A stretch of DNA of 64,000 bases from an uncultured Chloroflexia bacterium (GCA_963720755.1 CAVRGP010000002.1:32001-96000); one strand, 5' to 3'. Counted from the first letter of the stretch, positions 20,386-33,606 are shown. Notes: generated by a model not told the origin, from the sequence alone. Made by a program: numbers and translations.

Positions 20386-22025
20386 ATGCCGCGGATGCTT
20401 CCCGCCGGACGACGCCTCGTGCCGCTGCTCCTGCTCGTCGCCGCCGCGTTGCTGCGCCTGCCGAACCTGGCGACCCGTGGGACCTGGGATTCCGACCAGG
20501 GCCACGACATGCTCGTCCTGCGGTCCATGGTCACCGACGGGGTCGTGCCGTTGCTGGGGCCGCCCACGTCGATCGGAGACGTCCATCACGGCGCCTGGTA
20601 CTACTACCTCCTGTCGCCGGCCGCCTTCCTGACCGGTGGCGACTCGCCGCTCGCCGTCGTGGCGCTCATCGCCCTGGCCGGCATCGCGGCCGTGCTCGTC
20701 ACCTGGTGGCTGGCCCGCTCGATCGCCGGGGACGCGGCCGGCCTGATCGCCGGGTTGACGATGGCGGTATCGATCTCCGCGGTCGATGAATCGACCTTCA
20801 TCTGGAACCCGAACCTCATCGCCCTGTCGAGCGCCATCGCGCTGGCGGGAGCCTGGCGGGCCTGGACGAGCGAGCGCCCGCGATGGTGGCTCGTGGCCGG
20901 CATCGGCACGGCGGTCACGATGCAGTGCCACGTCCTCGGCGTCACCCTGCTCCCGATCGTCGGGGCCTTGTTCGTCGCCGACCTTCGGAGGCGACCGGGC
21001 GGGGTCGATCGCAGTCGGGTGTGGCGGTTCGGCCTGGCCGGTCTCGCGATCGTGATCGTGAGCTTCGCGCCACTGGCCGTTCACGAGCTGACGAACCACT
21101 TCTCCGAGGTCACCGCGGCGCTCGACTACATCCGGGCCGGCGGGGACCCGACCGCGACTGGTCCGCTCGTCCGCTTCCTCGTCATCGGCGCGCGGGTCGT
21201 GTCCTGGCCGTTGACGGGGCTCATCACCGATGGCGCGCTCGCGGCGCTCATCGCCGCCGCCGGCGTCATCGGGCTGGCGATGTGGAGCGGTCTCTTCGGT
21301 AACCGGTCGGAGATGGTTGCGGCCCGCTGGCTGGGGCTCGGTCTCGTCTGGACGGCGTTCGCGCTCACGTTCCTGTCACCGAGCCTCGCTTCGGTCGTGC
21401 CCGGGCTCCCGAACGACCACTACCACGCCTTCGCCGACCCGATGGTCTTCACCCTGGTCGGGATCGGCGCCGTGACCGTCTGGCGTGGACGCGTCGTGGC
21501 CGACCCGGTTGCCCTGGCAAATCCGGCCCACGTCGCCGACCCGGCAAATCCCGCCGGCACGGCAGGCCCGCCAGCGAGGCGCCCGACCGGATCATCCGGC
21601 GCGGCTTCGTCGTGATCGCCGTGGCCGCCGTGTTGTCCTGGAACCTGTTCCAGCAGCCACCGGCGGTCAACCCGGATGGCGGGTTCCCGGCCGCGGCCGA
21701 GGCCGCCGACCGGATCATCGCCACGACCGATGGCGGCGCGTTCACCCTCCGCTCACTGCCGGACTTCAAATCGACCGAGGCGTACGGCTACCCGCTCGTC
21801 CGTGCCGGGGCCGTGGTCCGGGTCGATGCCGGCACGGGCGCCGTCAGCGCGACCGCCGACTCGCTCGTCGTGATCTGCGACTCGCTGTTCGAAGGGGCGA
21901 TCGGTGCGCCCTGTGACGGCGAGGCCGAAGCCCGGGTCGCGCCACCCAGCCGGTTCGGGGAACCGGTCCTCCGGTTCGAGGCCGCGCCGGGACGGTTCAT
22001 CTCGGTTTACGCGCCGAGCTTGTAG
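20386..22025 (+). CDS. GT39/ArnT-like membrane glycosyltransferase (apparent frameshift near 21595)
   Basis: 'WDSDQGHD', 'LLGPPTS', 'HGAWYYYL', 'IWNPN'; continues in ORF 21612..22025. Confidence 0.75.
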
Positions 22026-22118
22026 CGAGTCGGCCTGGGCGGCCGCGGCGCGGCGGCGGGCGGCGGCGGGCGCGGCCGACGGCGGGCGGCCGCGGCGGGC
22101 GGCGGCGGGCCGTGGAAC

Positions 22119-22276
22119 TTGCCAAATATGCGTCCCACGCTTACTAAGCACGGATAGCAGCGTCCGGGCGGTTGATCGTGGCCGGATCGGAGCTGCGCTG
22201 AGCGTGGAGGCCGAGGATCTAGCTGATCTCGGGGTGGATGGGATGGCTTTGTACGCGGCTGGCTCGTATTTGGCAA
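22119..22276. repeat. About 160-bp element bounded by inverted repeats (TTGCCAAATA / TATTTGGCAA)
   Basis: AT-rich 10-bp perfect IR inside a very GC-rich gap between convergent genes. Confidence 0.5.
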
Positions 22277-22439
22277 ATGTGCCGCGGCGGCCCACGGACC
22301 CCCGCGGCACGCCACGCTCCCCGGCCCCCGCCGCCACGCTCCCCGCGGGAATCGCGAACGCCGGCGCCCCAGACACCGGCGTTCGCTGCCCCGAAGACTC
22401 TGTCCGTGGAGGACGGACCGAGTCAAGCCAGATGGATGC

Positions 22440-22967
22440 TCAGTAGCGCCCCGGCTCTCGATTAGCCGAGCGGGAGACGGCGCGCACCATGCTGACGGTG
22501 GCCCCGGCACCCACCCCGACCGGCGTACCGGACGTGGAGGCGGAAGATCGTCCGAGCGTCCGTTCCGGAGACCGTTCGGTCCCGGAACTCGCGTCGGCGG
22601 ATGGGAAGTTCCTGGCGTAGCGGCGCATCCGCACCGCGAGGTAGTACTCCATGATCTGGCGAACCTGCGGTTCGCTCAGCAGCTCGTCGGCACGCAGGGC
22701 GTACTCGACGCGGGCGGTCGGGTTGGTGTTCCCGGCGGCGACGAGACCGAGGTATTGCGGCGTATCCGCATCGTCACGAAGCTCGCGCAGGCCGCGGGCC
22801 AGCTTGGTGGCAGTCCCGAGCGACGGCATCCGATCCCCGCGGATCAACCGCGAGATCGTGGAGTGGTCGACTCCGGACTGCTGGGCGAGTTGGCGCTGCG
22901 ACATCTTCTTGGCCTTGAGCTGGGCTCGCAGCCATTCGTTGAACGCTCGGCCGTTCTGCGTGGTCAT
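22440..22967 (-). CDS. XRE-family HTH transcriptional regulator
   Basis: 'MSQRQLAQQSGVDHSTISRLIRGDRMPSL'. Confidence 0.9.
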   Translation of the reverse strand: MTTQNGRAFNEWLRAQLKAKKMSQRQLAQQSGVDHSTISRLIRGDRMPSLGTATKLARGLRELRDDADTPQYLGLVAAGNTNPTARVEYALRADELLSEPQVRQIMEYYLAVRMRRYARNFPSADASSGTERSPERTLGRSSASTSGTPVGVGAGATVSMVRAVSRSANREPGRY

Positions 22968-23175
22968 GGGTGGGATTGGGCTCCGCTGTGATCCACCATT
23001 CGGATGGGCTGTTCTCTAGGCCCACTATCGAGCGGCGACGGTGCGGTCTATATCACCCGTTCGTACCGGTCGGTCCAGGGAGCGTGGCGGTCTCGCAGAT
23101 CGGTTCGGTGGGGTTCGTGTCGGTGCGGTCTGGACCGTCGGCCTTGGGACCCCGGACTATCAGGGTAGGCTTCTG

Positions 23176-24351
23176 TCAGACCGGTGTCGGGGCCGACGAG
23201 GCGGCGGGGGGCTGGCCGATCCGGCCCATCCCGCGCGGCATCGGCGAGACGACGTAGACGATCGCGCCGAACACGATGATCGACAGCACGCTGATGACCC
23301 AGTCGAGGATCGTGATCGCGGTCGCCTCGGGCAGGGGTACGCCGTACGCCACGGTCAGGACACCGATGACGCCTGCCTGGGCGAAGCCGAGACCGGCCGG
23401 GCTGAGGGGGATGGCGGTCAGCAGCGAGCCGATGAGGGCGACGAAGACCGCCCCGGACAGACCGAGCTCGACATCCGGGAACCCGAGGGCGAGGACGACG
23501 ATGTACAGACGCAGCGCCTCGGTCATCCAGATCAGGACCGTGACCGTCGCCAGCATCGGCAGGTGGCGGATGCCGACCCCACCGAAGACGCCCTGCTCGA
23601 ACCGCTCGTACAACTCGTGGATCCTGGGCGGGAGCGGCAACCGATCGATGATCCGCCGACCGAAGTTGCGCATCGTGAACAAGCCGACGGCGGCCACGAC
23701 GACGACCACGATACCGACGATGAAGATGACCTTGATCGCTTCAGGCATGCCGCTCCGGAAGCTCCAGAAGCCGGCGGCCAGGCCAAGGATGGCGATGGCG
23801 AAGATGTCGAGGATGCGTTCGATGAAGACGGTCCCGAAGGTCCGGCTCAGCGAGGCCACGCTGTTCATCTTGAGCAGGTAGGCACGGTAGACGTCGCCGA
23901 GCTTGGCCGGGACGACGCAATTGACGAACCAGGAGATGTACAGGATCTCGGTCGAGCCGCGAACGGGGATCTCGAAACCGGACGCCTCGAGGAGCCGCTT
24001 CCAGCGATAGCCACGCAACGGGAAGCCGAGGTAGAACACGATGAACGCGAGCAGGACCAGGGCCGGGTTGGCCTGGAGGATGAGATCCGGGACGGCGGAC
24101 AACCGCTCGCGGTTGAGGTACAGGAAGAAGGCGATGATCGCGAGCGGAACGACGATCGACAGGATCGTCCGGGGCTGGCGCAGGCGATGACCGAGCGAGA
24201 GCGGCGCGGCCTCGTCCGGCTCGTGCTCGAGGGCATCGATCAGGTTATCTGGCTCGTTGAGCGGAAGGGCGGCATCCATCGGCCCAGACCCTACCGGACC
24301 GCCCGCCCCCTCGGCCATCGAACGATGGTCCTGTCCCTCCGGGCCGGTCAC
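23176..24351 (-). CDS. Lysylphosphatidylglycerol synthase TM / flippase-like protein (UPF0104)
   Basis: 'LRGYRW', 'NCVVPAKLGDVYR', 'FIERILD', 'PLSPAGLG'. Confidence 0.88.
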   Translation of the reverse strand: MTGPEGQDHRSMAEGAGGPVGSGPMDAALPLNEPDNLIDALEHEPDEAAPLSLGHRLRQPRTILSIVVPLAIIAFFLYLNRERLSAVPDLILQANPALVLLAFIVFYLGFPLRGYRWKRLLEASGFEIPVRGSTEILYISWFVNCVVPAKLGDVYRAYLLKMNSVASLSRTFGTVFIERILDIFAIAILGLAAGFWSFRSGMPEAIKVIFIVGIVVVVVAAVGLFTMRNFGRRIIDRLPLPPRIHELYERFEQGVFGGVGIRHLPMLATVTVLIWMTEALRLYIVVLALGFPDVELGLSGAVFVALIGSLLTAIPLSPAGLGFAQAGVIGVLTVAYGVPLPEATAITILDWVISVLSIIVFGAIVYVVSPMPRGMGRIGQPPAASSAPTPV

Positions 24352-25028
24352 GGCCTGACCCGGTCGTTGCCCCGCAACCGATTGATCCCCTTGGCCAGCG
24401 GCGTCCAGAGCCGAACGAAATAGGTCGCCCTGCCCGGGACGATCTCGGCAGTGGCCAGGGCGGCGAGCAGACCGGCCGGCGTGGACGGATCCCCGTCGAG
24501 CGCCGTGTAGGCGACGCCGACCTCCATCACCGAGTGGGCGTCGGAGACCGAGACGCCGGGCCGACCCTGCTCGATCGCGAAGGTGGCGGCATCCTCGTTG
24601 CCATGCCCGACGACGCGGGCGTTGTAGGTCTCGATCCAGTCCACGTGCGGCGCGAGGCTGGCCATCGCGGCATCGCGGAGGAGCGAGCCGCGCATCCGGT
24701 CGAACGGGTGCGGGATGCCGACCAGGCCTCCCTGTTCACGAGCCGCCGCGATCGTATCCATCGCGGACAGGCCCGGCGGGATCGCCCGCTCGAGGAAGAC
24801 GCAGATGAGGTCGCCGTCACTGGTCTTCACTTCTTCGCCGATGATCACCGTCAGCCCCGCGGGAGCGAGATCCCGGGCTTCGAGTGCGATGTCGATCCGA
24901 TCGTGATCGGTGATCGCAAGGTGGGTCAGCCCGCGGACGCTCGCCGCCTTGACGATGTCCCCGGGCGCCGACAGACAGTCGAAGCTCCCTCGACTGTGAC
25001 AGTGCAGATCGATGAACGCGCGCGTCAC
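24348..25028 (-). CDS. PHP-domain metallophosphoesterase
   Basis: 'IDLHCHS', 'AITDHD', 'GEEV', 'PHPF', 'SDAH'. Confidence 0.9.
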   Translation of the reverse strand: MTRAFIDLHCHSRGSFDCLSAPGDIVKAASVRGLTHLAITDHDRIDIALEARDLAPAGLTVIIGEEVKTSDGDLICVFLERAIPPGLSAMDTIAAAREQGGLVGIPHPFDRMRGSLLRDAAMASLAPHVDWIETYNARVVGHGNEDAATFAIEQGRPGVSVSDAHSVMEVGVAYTALDGDPSTPAGLLAALATAEIVPGRATYFVRLWTPLAKGINRLRGNDRVRP

Positions 25029-25070
25029 GTGGGTCGACCAGCGGCGGCTCCATCGTCGAGCGACGGGGCA

Positions 25071-25209
25071 CCTACGGCGCTGCGCCTTGCGGTGCCCGTC
25101 TGCTCGGCGCTGCTGCCGCCGGACCACCGTGAAGTGAGCGTCCGAGAGTAGGAGCGGGTGGCGGGCCGGCCGGCGGGCGGCTGGATGCCGTGAGGCGCAG
25201 CGCCGTAGG
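25071..25209. repeat. REP/MITE-like palindromic element, copy 1
   Basis: CCTACGGCGCTGCGCCT ... AGGCGCAGCGCCGTAGG 17-bp perfect IR. Confidence 0.75.
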
Positions 25210-25254
25210 CATCCAGGAGTCCGCCGGCCGGCCCGACGCCAGCGGTCACGACCA

Positions 25255-26253
25255 TCAGATCGTCTGGACCAGGGATTTCTTGAAGAAGTCGAAGTGCTCC
25301 AGGGCCAGACCGGTGCCCAGGGCGACGCAGCTGAGCGGGTTCTCCGCGACGTGGCAGGGGACGCCGGTCACCTGGGTGAGCAGCTTGTCGATGTTGCGCA
25401 AGAGGGCGCCGCCGCCGGACATGACCATGCCCTTGTCGATGATGTCCGACGACAGTTCCGGGGGTGTCTGCTCGAGCACGGCCCGGACCGCCGACACGAG
25501 CTGCTGGAGTGGGGCTTCGATGGCCTCCATCACCTCGCTGCTGGTGATCGGGATCGTCCGCGGCAACCCGGCGATCAGGTCGCGGCCGCGGACCTCCATC
25601 GTGAGCTCCCGCTCGAGCGGCAGGGCGGTCCCGATCTCCATCTTGACCTCTTCCGCCGTCCGCTCGCCGATCATCAGGTTGTACTTCTTGCGGATGTACG
25701 TGGCGATCGCATCGTCGAAACGGTTGCCCCCGACGCGGAGGCTGTGCGACACGACGATCCCGCCGAGGGCGATGACCGCGATCTCGCTCGTCCCGCCGCC
25801 GATATCGATGATCATGTTGCCGGACGGCCCGCTGATCGGCACGTTGGCGCCGATGGCGGCGGCCAGCGGCTCCTCGATGAGGTAGGCCTCCTTGGCACCG
25901 GCCTTGAGCGCCGCGTCCCGGACGGCCCGCTTCTCGACGCTGGTCACCCCGGCCGGGACGGAGATCATGACCTCCGGCTTGCCGAACCCGATGGGGCCGC
26001 GACGGACCTTGCCGATGAAGTGGCTGAGCATCGCCTCGGTGATGACGTAGTCGGCGATGACGCCGTCCTTCATCGGGCGGATGGCGTGGATATTGCCGGG
26101 CGTTCGCCCGATCATCTCGCGGGCTTCGTCGCCCACCGCGACGATCCGGTTGTCATCGGAGACGGCGACCACGCTGGGTTCCGTGATGACGATGCCCTTG
26201 CCCTTGACGTAGACGAGGACGTTGGCGGTCCCGAGGTCGATACCGATCTTCAT
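25255..26253 (-). CDS. mreB: Rod shape-determining protein MreB/Mbl
   Basis: 'IGIDLGTAN', 'IDIGGGTSE', 'LEQTPPEL'. Confidence 0.97.
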   Translation of the reverse strand: MKIGIDLGTANVLVYVKGKGIVITEPSVVAVSDDNRIVAVGDEAREMIGRTPGNIHAIRPMKDGVIADYVITEAMLSHFIGKVRRGPIGFGKPEVMISVPAGVTSVEKRAVRDAALKAGAKEAYLIEEPLAAAIGANVPISGPSGNMIIDIGGGTSEIAVIALGGIVVSHSLRVGGNRFDDAIATYIRKKYNLMIGERTAEEVKMEIGTALPLERELTMEVRGRDLIAGLPRTIPITSSEVMEAIEAPLQQLVSAVRAVLEQTPPELSSDIIDKGMVMSGGGALLRNIDKLLTQVTGVPCHVAENPLSCVALGTGLALEHFDFFKKSLVQTI

Positions 26254-27596
26254 GAGGGGTCGTCTGCTGTCCCTTCCGCGCTGCGCGAGATGCTGGCTCC
26301 GATGTCGAGGAACTTACGCTCGATGTTCTCATAGCCCCGGTGAACGTGGTGTGCACCGTGGATGGTGGTCGTGCCTCGAGCCGCCAGGGCCGCGAGCATG
26401 AGCGACGCGCCGGCTCGCAGGTCACCGATCTCGACCTCGGCACCGACCAGGTCGGCCGGGCCCGTGATCGTGGCGTGATGGGTGTCGACCTGCTTGACCT
26501 TCGCGCCCATTCGCCGGATCTCGCTCATCCACTCGAGACGATCCTCGAAGATCGCCTCGTGGACGCGCGATGTGCCCTTCGCCTGGGTCAGCAACACCGC
26601 GGTCGGTGGCTGGAGGTCGGTGGCCAGCCCCGGGTAGGGCGCCGTCTCGATGTCACAGGCCGTGTACCCGCCGGCGTGGAGCGCCGACCCATCGACATCG
26701 ATCGTGTCGCGGCCGCAGGTGACGTCGACGCCGACGTTGATCATGACTTCGACGAACGTGGACAGGTGGTCGCACGGCGCCCCCTCCAGGGTCACGCGAC
26801 CGCCGGTCACGGCCGCAGCGATGGCGAACGTGCCGGCCTCGATCCGATCGGGGATCACCCGGTGCTCCGCGCCGCGCAGGCGTTTTCGGCCGTCGATCTC
26901 GATCGTGTCCGGGGCCGTCCGCTCGATCGCCGCGCCCATCTTCTGCAGGAATTCGATGAGGTCGTCGACCTCCGGCTCCTGGGCCGCCGGCCGGATGACG
27001 GTGTGGCCGTCGGCGAGGGTCGCTGCGAGCATCGCGTTCTCCGTCCCCATCACGGACACGAACGGGAAGGTGACCTCACCGCCGCGCAACCGTCCCGGCG
27101 ACGTCGCGAAGTAGTAGCCGTTCCGGTAGTCGATCGATGCACCGAGGGCTCGCATCGCCTCGACGTGGAGATCGACCGGGCGGCGTCCGATCCGGTCGCC
27201 ACCCGGGTTGCTGATGATGACCCGACCGAACCGGGCCAGGAGCGGGCCGAGCAGGATGAAGCTGGCGCGCATGCGGGCCGCGGCCTCGAGCGGCACGAAC
27301 AGCCACTCGACGTCACCCGACGCGATCTCGTAGATGTTGGCGGCGGGATGCTCGACCACGACCCCCAGATCGCGCAGGGTATCGGTCATGACCCGCACAT
27401 CCTCGATCTCGGGCACGTTGGTCAGCCGGCAGCGCTCGCCGGTCAGCGTCGCAGCGGCCATCATCTTGAGCGCCGCATTCTTGGCACCGCTGATCGTGAC
27501 CGTGCCGTTCAGCGGCCGACCGCCCTCGATCCGGAAGACCTCACGGGCCACCGGTTCCGGGTGGTATTCCCAGTGGAATGGCCGGACGCCTGTCAT
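26250..27596 (-). CDS. murA: UDP-N-acetylglucosamine 1-carboxyvinyltransferase
   Basis: 'GAKNAAL', 'MRAS', '[14 protein letters not shown]', 'PDRIEAGT', 'DLRAGA'. Confidence 0.96.
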   Translation of the reverse strand: MTGVRPFHWEYHPEPVAREVFRIEGGRPLNGTVTISGAKNAALKMMAAATLTGERCRLTNVPEIEDVRVMTDTLRDLGVVVEHPAANIYEIASGDVEWLFVPLEAAARMRASFILLGPLLARFGRVIISNPGGDRIGRRPVDLHVEAMRALGASIDYRNGYYFATSPGRLRGGEVTFPFVSVMGTENAMLAATLADGHTVIRPAAQEPEVDDLIEFLQKMGAAIERTAPDTIEIDGRKRLRGAEHRVIPDRIEAGTFAIAAAVTGGRVTLEGAPCDHLSTFVEVMINVGVDVTCGRDTIDVDGSALHAGGYTACDIETAPYPGLATDLQPPTAVLLTQAKGTSRVHEAIFEDRLEWMSEIRRMGAKVKQVDTHHATITGPADLVGAEVEIGDLRAGASLMLAALAARGTTTIHGAHHVHRGYENIERKFLDIGASISRSAEGTADDPS

Positions 27597-27602
27597 CCGC
27601 CG

Positions 27603-28034
27603 CTACCCGTGGCGCCGCGGACCCTCGCGGTGGCGGCGCTCCGCGACGCGGATCCGCAGGAGGGCCTGCTGAAGAGACGCCCGCGCGGCGGCAAGGTCGA
27701 CCGCATCGGTCTGCGCAGCGCCCTCGAGCGTCCGCTCTGCTTCACGCCTGGCTTCGAGGGCTTTCTCGAGGTCGATCTCGCTGGCCATGTCCGCGGTCTC
27801 GGCCATCACGACGACGCGGTCCGGTCGGACCTGGAGGAAGCCCCCGACGATCGCGAACGATTCCTCAAGGCCGTCCTTCCGGATGCGCAACTCCCCCACC
27901 CCGAGCATCGACACCAATGGCGCGTGGTGCGGCAGCACCCCGAGCTCACCCTCGACGCCCGGCAATTGGACGCTGTCCACCGAATCCGAGTAGGCCAGAC
28001 GCTCCGGGGTCACGATCTCCAGCAAGAGTGGCAT
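27603..28034 (-). CDS. atpC: ATP synthase epsilon
   Basis: 'LEIVTPER', 'GELGVLPHHAP'. Confidence 0.96.
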   Translation of the reverse strand: MPLLLEIVTPERLAYSDSVDSVQLPGVEGELGVLPHHAPLVSMLGVGELRIRKDGLEESFAIVGGFLQVRPDRVVVMAETADMASEIDLEKALEARREAERTLEGAAQTDAVDLAAARASLQQALLRIRVAERRHREGPRRHG

Positions 28035-28080
28035 CAGGGAATCCTAAACGCAGCGGCGGGCAGCCACCGATCTGCGCCCC

Positions 28081-28229
28081 CTACGGCGCTGCGCCTGACG
28101 GGGGCGCGCCTCGGCGCCTGCCCGCCGCTGCGGGAGCTTGCTGTCACATAGGTGCTTCCGGGGAGATTGGGGGCGTGCGCCGACGCCGGCCGGCGCCCGG
28201 CAGCCCGAGCGTGAGGCGCCGCGCCGTAG
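28081..28229. repeat. REP/MITE-like palindromic element, copy 2
   Basis: CTACGGCGCTGCGCCTGACG ... CGTGAGGCGCCGCGCCGTAG; internal similarity to copy 1. Confidence 0.75.
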
Positions 28230-28266
28230 CGAGCGGCAGCCGGGTGGCGGCCGGCGACTGCGGTCC

Positions 28267-30566
<2,300 letters not shown>

Positions 30567-30580
30567 GCCTAGATCCTCAG

Positions 30581-30696
30581 CAGCCGCTACGGCGGCCCGG
30601 CGCCGCGTTGTCGCCTGCGCGCGCTCGCTCTCGCACCTTGGGGTGCGCTCGCTCACGTGCTCGGCTTCGCCTTGCGCGGGACCGCCGAAGCGGCTG
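30581..30696. repeat. Long imperfect inverted repeat between atpA and atpG
   Basis: CAGCCGCTACGGCGG...CCGCCGAAGCGGCTG, with internal CGCTCGCTC duplicates. Confidence 0.6.
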
Positions 30697-30711
30697 ATTC
30701 TCGGTTGCATG

Positions 30712-32247
30712 TCAGGCCAGGAAGCTCGTGCGGAAGGCGTCGACGGCCTCGTCGAGGGATGCCGCGAGCTCGTCCGACAGGGACTTCTTGTCGGCCAGCT
30801 CGGTCAGGATGTCGGGCCGCTCGGTCTCGAGGAAGCGGTAGAACTGGGTCTCGAACTCACGGACGCGCGGCGTCGGCACGTCGTCCAGTTTGCCGGTCGT
30901 GGCGACGTACAGGATGGCGACCTGCTTCTCCACGCCGAGCGGCTGGTACTGCGGCTGCTTGACGATCTCCGACAGCTTTTCGCCCCGGGTCAGCTGGTCA
31001 CGGGTCGCCTTGTCCAGGTCGGAGGCGAACTGGGCGAAGGCCGCCAGCGAGCGGTACTGGGCGAGGTCCAGCTTGAGCGGCGCCGCGACCTTCTTCATCG
31101 CCTTGGTCTGCGCGGCCGAGCCGACCCGCGAGACCGAGATGCCGATGTTGAGGGCCGGTCGCTGGCCGGCGTTGAACAGGTCCGTCTCGAGGAAGATCTG
31201 GCCGTCCGTGATCGAGATGATGTTGGTCGGGATGTAGGCCGACACGTCACCGGCCTGCGTCTCGACGATCGGCAACGCCGTGATCGAGCCGCCGCCATTC
31301 TCGTCGTTCATCCGCGCGGCGCGTTCGAGCAGCCGGCTGTGGAGGTAGAAGACGTCGCCAGGGTAGGCCTCGCGGCCGGGTGGACGGCGGAGCAGCAGCG
31401 ACATCTCGCGGTAGGCCCAGGCGTGCTTGCTCAGGTCGTCGTACACGCACAAGGCGTCGTTGACGACGCCCTGGCCGGGGACGTCCACCCCGTTCTCCAT
31501 GACTTCTTCGGCCATCGCCACGCCCGAGTACGGGGCGAGGTACTGGAGCGGGGCCGGATCCTCCGCGCCGGCGACGACGACGATCGTGTATTCCATCGCG
31601 CCGTACTGCTCCAGGACGGCGACGGTGTTGGCCACGGTCGACAGCTTCTGGCCGATCGCGACGTAGATGCACACGAGGCCCTTGCCGCGCTGGTTGATGA
31701 TCGTGTCCAGGCAGATGGCCGTCTTGCCGGTCTGGCGGTCGCCGATGATCAACTCGCGCTGCCCACGTCCGATCGGGATGAGGGCGTCGATCGCCTTGAC
31801 CCCGGTCTGGACCGGGGTATCGACCGACTTGCGGACGATGACGCCCGGGGCGATCCGCTCGACCGGGCGGGTCGCCGTCGCGGCGATCGGGCCCTTGTCG
31901 TCCAGCGGGCGTCCGAGCGGGTCCACGACCCGACCGAGCAGCGCGGCCCCGACCGGGACCTCCACCACGCGACCGGTCGTCTTGACCGTGTCACCTTCCT
32001 TGACGCCCGTGGCGTTGCCGAGGATGACGGCTCCGACCGTCTCCTCCTCGAGGTTGAGAGCCATGCCCATCAACCCGCCCGGGAACTCGAGCAGCTCGGA
32101 CGCGAGCGCGCCGGACAACCCGTAGATCTGGGCGATCCCGTCGCCGACTTCGACGACGGTCCCGACGCTGCGGGTCTCCACGCCGGAGTCGAACGAATCG
32201 ATCGCCGACTTGATGATGCTGGTGATCTCGTCAGAACGAATGGCCAT
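30712..32247 (-). CDS. atpA: ATP synthase alpha
   Basis: 'GDRQTGKT', '[25 protein letters not shown]'. Confidence 0.98.
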   Translation of the reverse strand: MAIRSDEITSIIKSAIDSFDSGVETRSVGTVVEVGDGIAQIYGLSGALASELLEFPGGLMGMALNLEEETVGAVILGNATGVKEGDTVKTTGRVVEVPVGAALLGRVVDPLGRPLDDKGPIAATATRPVERIAPGVIVRKSVDTPVQTGVKAIDALIPIGRGQRELIIGDRQTGKTAICLDTIINQRGKGLVCIYVAIGQKLSTVANTVAVLEQYGAMEYTIVVVAGAEDPAPLQYLAPYSGVAMAEEVMENGVDVPGQGVVNDALCVYDDLSKHAWAYREMSLLLRRPPGREAYPGDVFYLHSRLLERAARMNDENGGGSITALPIVETQAGDVSAYIPTNIISITDGQIFLETDLFNAGQRPALNIGISVSRVGSAAQTKAMKKVAAPLKLDLAQYRSLAAFAQFASDLDKATRDQLTRGEKLSEIVKQPQYQPLGVEKQVAILYVATTGKLDDVPTPRVREFETQFYRFLETERPDILTELADKKSLSDELAASLDEAVDAFRTSFLA

Positions 32248-32261
32248 CGGTATCAGATCTC

Positions 32262-32807
32262 CTAGAGGGCGCCCGAAACGAGCTGGTTCCGCAGTCGCTC
32301 GAGGCGGCCTCGGACGCTACCGTCGATCATGCGGTCGCCGACTCGAACGACCAGGCCACCCAGCAGGCTGGGATCGACCTGAACGTCAAGTTCGACGCGA
32401 CCGCCGGTGAGTTGCTCCATCCGCCCGGTGAGGGCCTGGACTTCATCCTGGGTCAGCGGGGCGGCGCTGGTGGCGGTTGCGAGGGTGATGCCCTGACGGG
32501 CGTTGTCGAGACGACGGAATTCCGCCGCCACGCGCGGAAGTTGATCGATCCGGCCGCGCCGCAGCATCAACCCGATCAGGTTGAGCGCGGGCCGGCCCAC
32601 GACCTTGCCGAACGTGGCGTCGGCCATCGCCGTTCGCGTCTCGAGCGGGATCGCAGGATTACCGAGCATCCGTCCGAGGCGCTCGTCCGAGGCGATCTCC
32701 CCGGCCGCATCGAGCTCGGCTCTCCACGTCACGACCGTGTCGTCACGCAAGGCGACCTCGAAGGCAGCCTCGGCGTACCGGCGGGCGGCGGTGTCGCGGG
32801 CAGCCAT
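32262..32807 (-). CDS. atpH: ATP synthase delta
   Basis: 'ARRYAEA', '[22 protein letters not shown]'. Confidence 0.96.
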   Translation of the reverse strand: MAARDTAARRYAEAAFEVALRDDTVVTWRAELDAAGEIASDERLGRMLGNPAIPLETRTAMADATFGKVVGRPALNLIGLMLRRGRIDQLPRVAAEFRRLDNARQGITLATATSAAPLTQDEVQALTGRMEQLTGGRVELDVQVDPSLLGGLVVRVGDRMIDGSVRGRLERLRNQLVSGAL

Positions 32808-32820
32808 CAGTCGATCACCA

Positions 32821-33387
32821 TCAGTTGTCGGCTCGACCCACGCCGGAGGTGGTCAGGAACTCCTCCACGATCCGGCGCTGTCGATCGTCCGACATCGTCT
32901 CGCCGACGACCTTGCCGGCCGCGAGCAGGGCGAGGTCGGCGACCTCGGCTCGGACCTCGGCCAGTGCCCGGACCTTCTCTGCCTCGATCTCCGAGGCAGC
33001 TCGGACGCGCAGGCGCTCGAGCTCTTCCCGGGTCGCCGCGATATCGGCGTCACGCGTCTCCTGGGCCACCTTCTGGGCGCGGCTCAGGATCTCATTCGCT
33101 TCTCGCCGTGCCTCGGCCAGCGTCGCCACGCGCTCGGACTCACCACTCTCGCGATCGCGCCGGGCCTGCTCCGCATCCTTCAGACCCTGCTCGATCCGCG
33201 AGCTTCGGTCGGACAGCATCGTCGAAACGGGCTTGAACGCGAATCTCCAGATGATCGCGAAGAAGAGGATGAAGTTGAGCGCGCTGACGATCACCCAGAA
33301 CAGGTTGATCTGGAACAGCGCCTCGCCTTCAGCGGCGAGCTGTGCGGCTTGGCGGCCCGTCGCTGCGGCGACGGCCAGGATGTCCAC
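32821..33387 (-). CDS. atpF: ATP synthase b
   Basis: TM 'LNFILFFAIIWRFAFKP' followed by a coiled coil. Confidence 0.95.
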   Translation of the reverse strand: MDILAVAAATGRQAAQLAAEGEALFQINLFWVIVSALNFILFFAIIWRFAFKPVSTMLSDRSSRIEQGLKDAEQARRDRESGESERVATLAEARREANEILSRAQKVAQETRDADIAATREELERLRVRAASEIEAEKVRALAEVRAEVADLALLAAGKVVGETMSDDRQRRIVEEFLTTSGVGRADN

Positions 33388-33393
33388 CGTCGG

Positions 33394-33606
33394 CTACTTG
33401 ATGAAGATGGCGAGCAGTCCGACGACGATCGCCAGAACGCCGAGGCCTTCTGCGAACGCGGCGAGGATGATCGCGATGCCGCGGATCTGGGCCGCCGCGT
33501 CAGGATTGCGGCCGATCGCCGCGGCCGACATGCCGCCGAGGATGCCGATGCCGATGCCGGGGCCGAAGACCCCGAGTGCGGCGATTCCGGCGCCGATGTG
33601 CTCCAT
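33394..33606 (-). CDS. atpE: ATP synthase c
   Basis: 'GPGIGIG', 'IGRNPD', 'AFAEGL' (proton-type); AGGAGG RBS. Confidence 0.96.
   Translation of the reverse strand: MEHIGAGIAALGVFGPGIGIGILGGMSAAAIGRNPDAAAQIRGIAIILAAFAEGLGVLAIVVGLLAIFIK

Noticed and set aside
21495-21560. Short imperfect duplication (GCCGACCCGG / GGCAAATCC) in the GT gene
   Set aside because: It encodes a low-complexity Pro/Ala loop and is too short to interpret.
22035-22112. GGC/GGCGG low-complexity tract
   Set aside because: Irregular, with no defined unit or supportable function; could partly be a read artefact.
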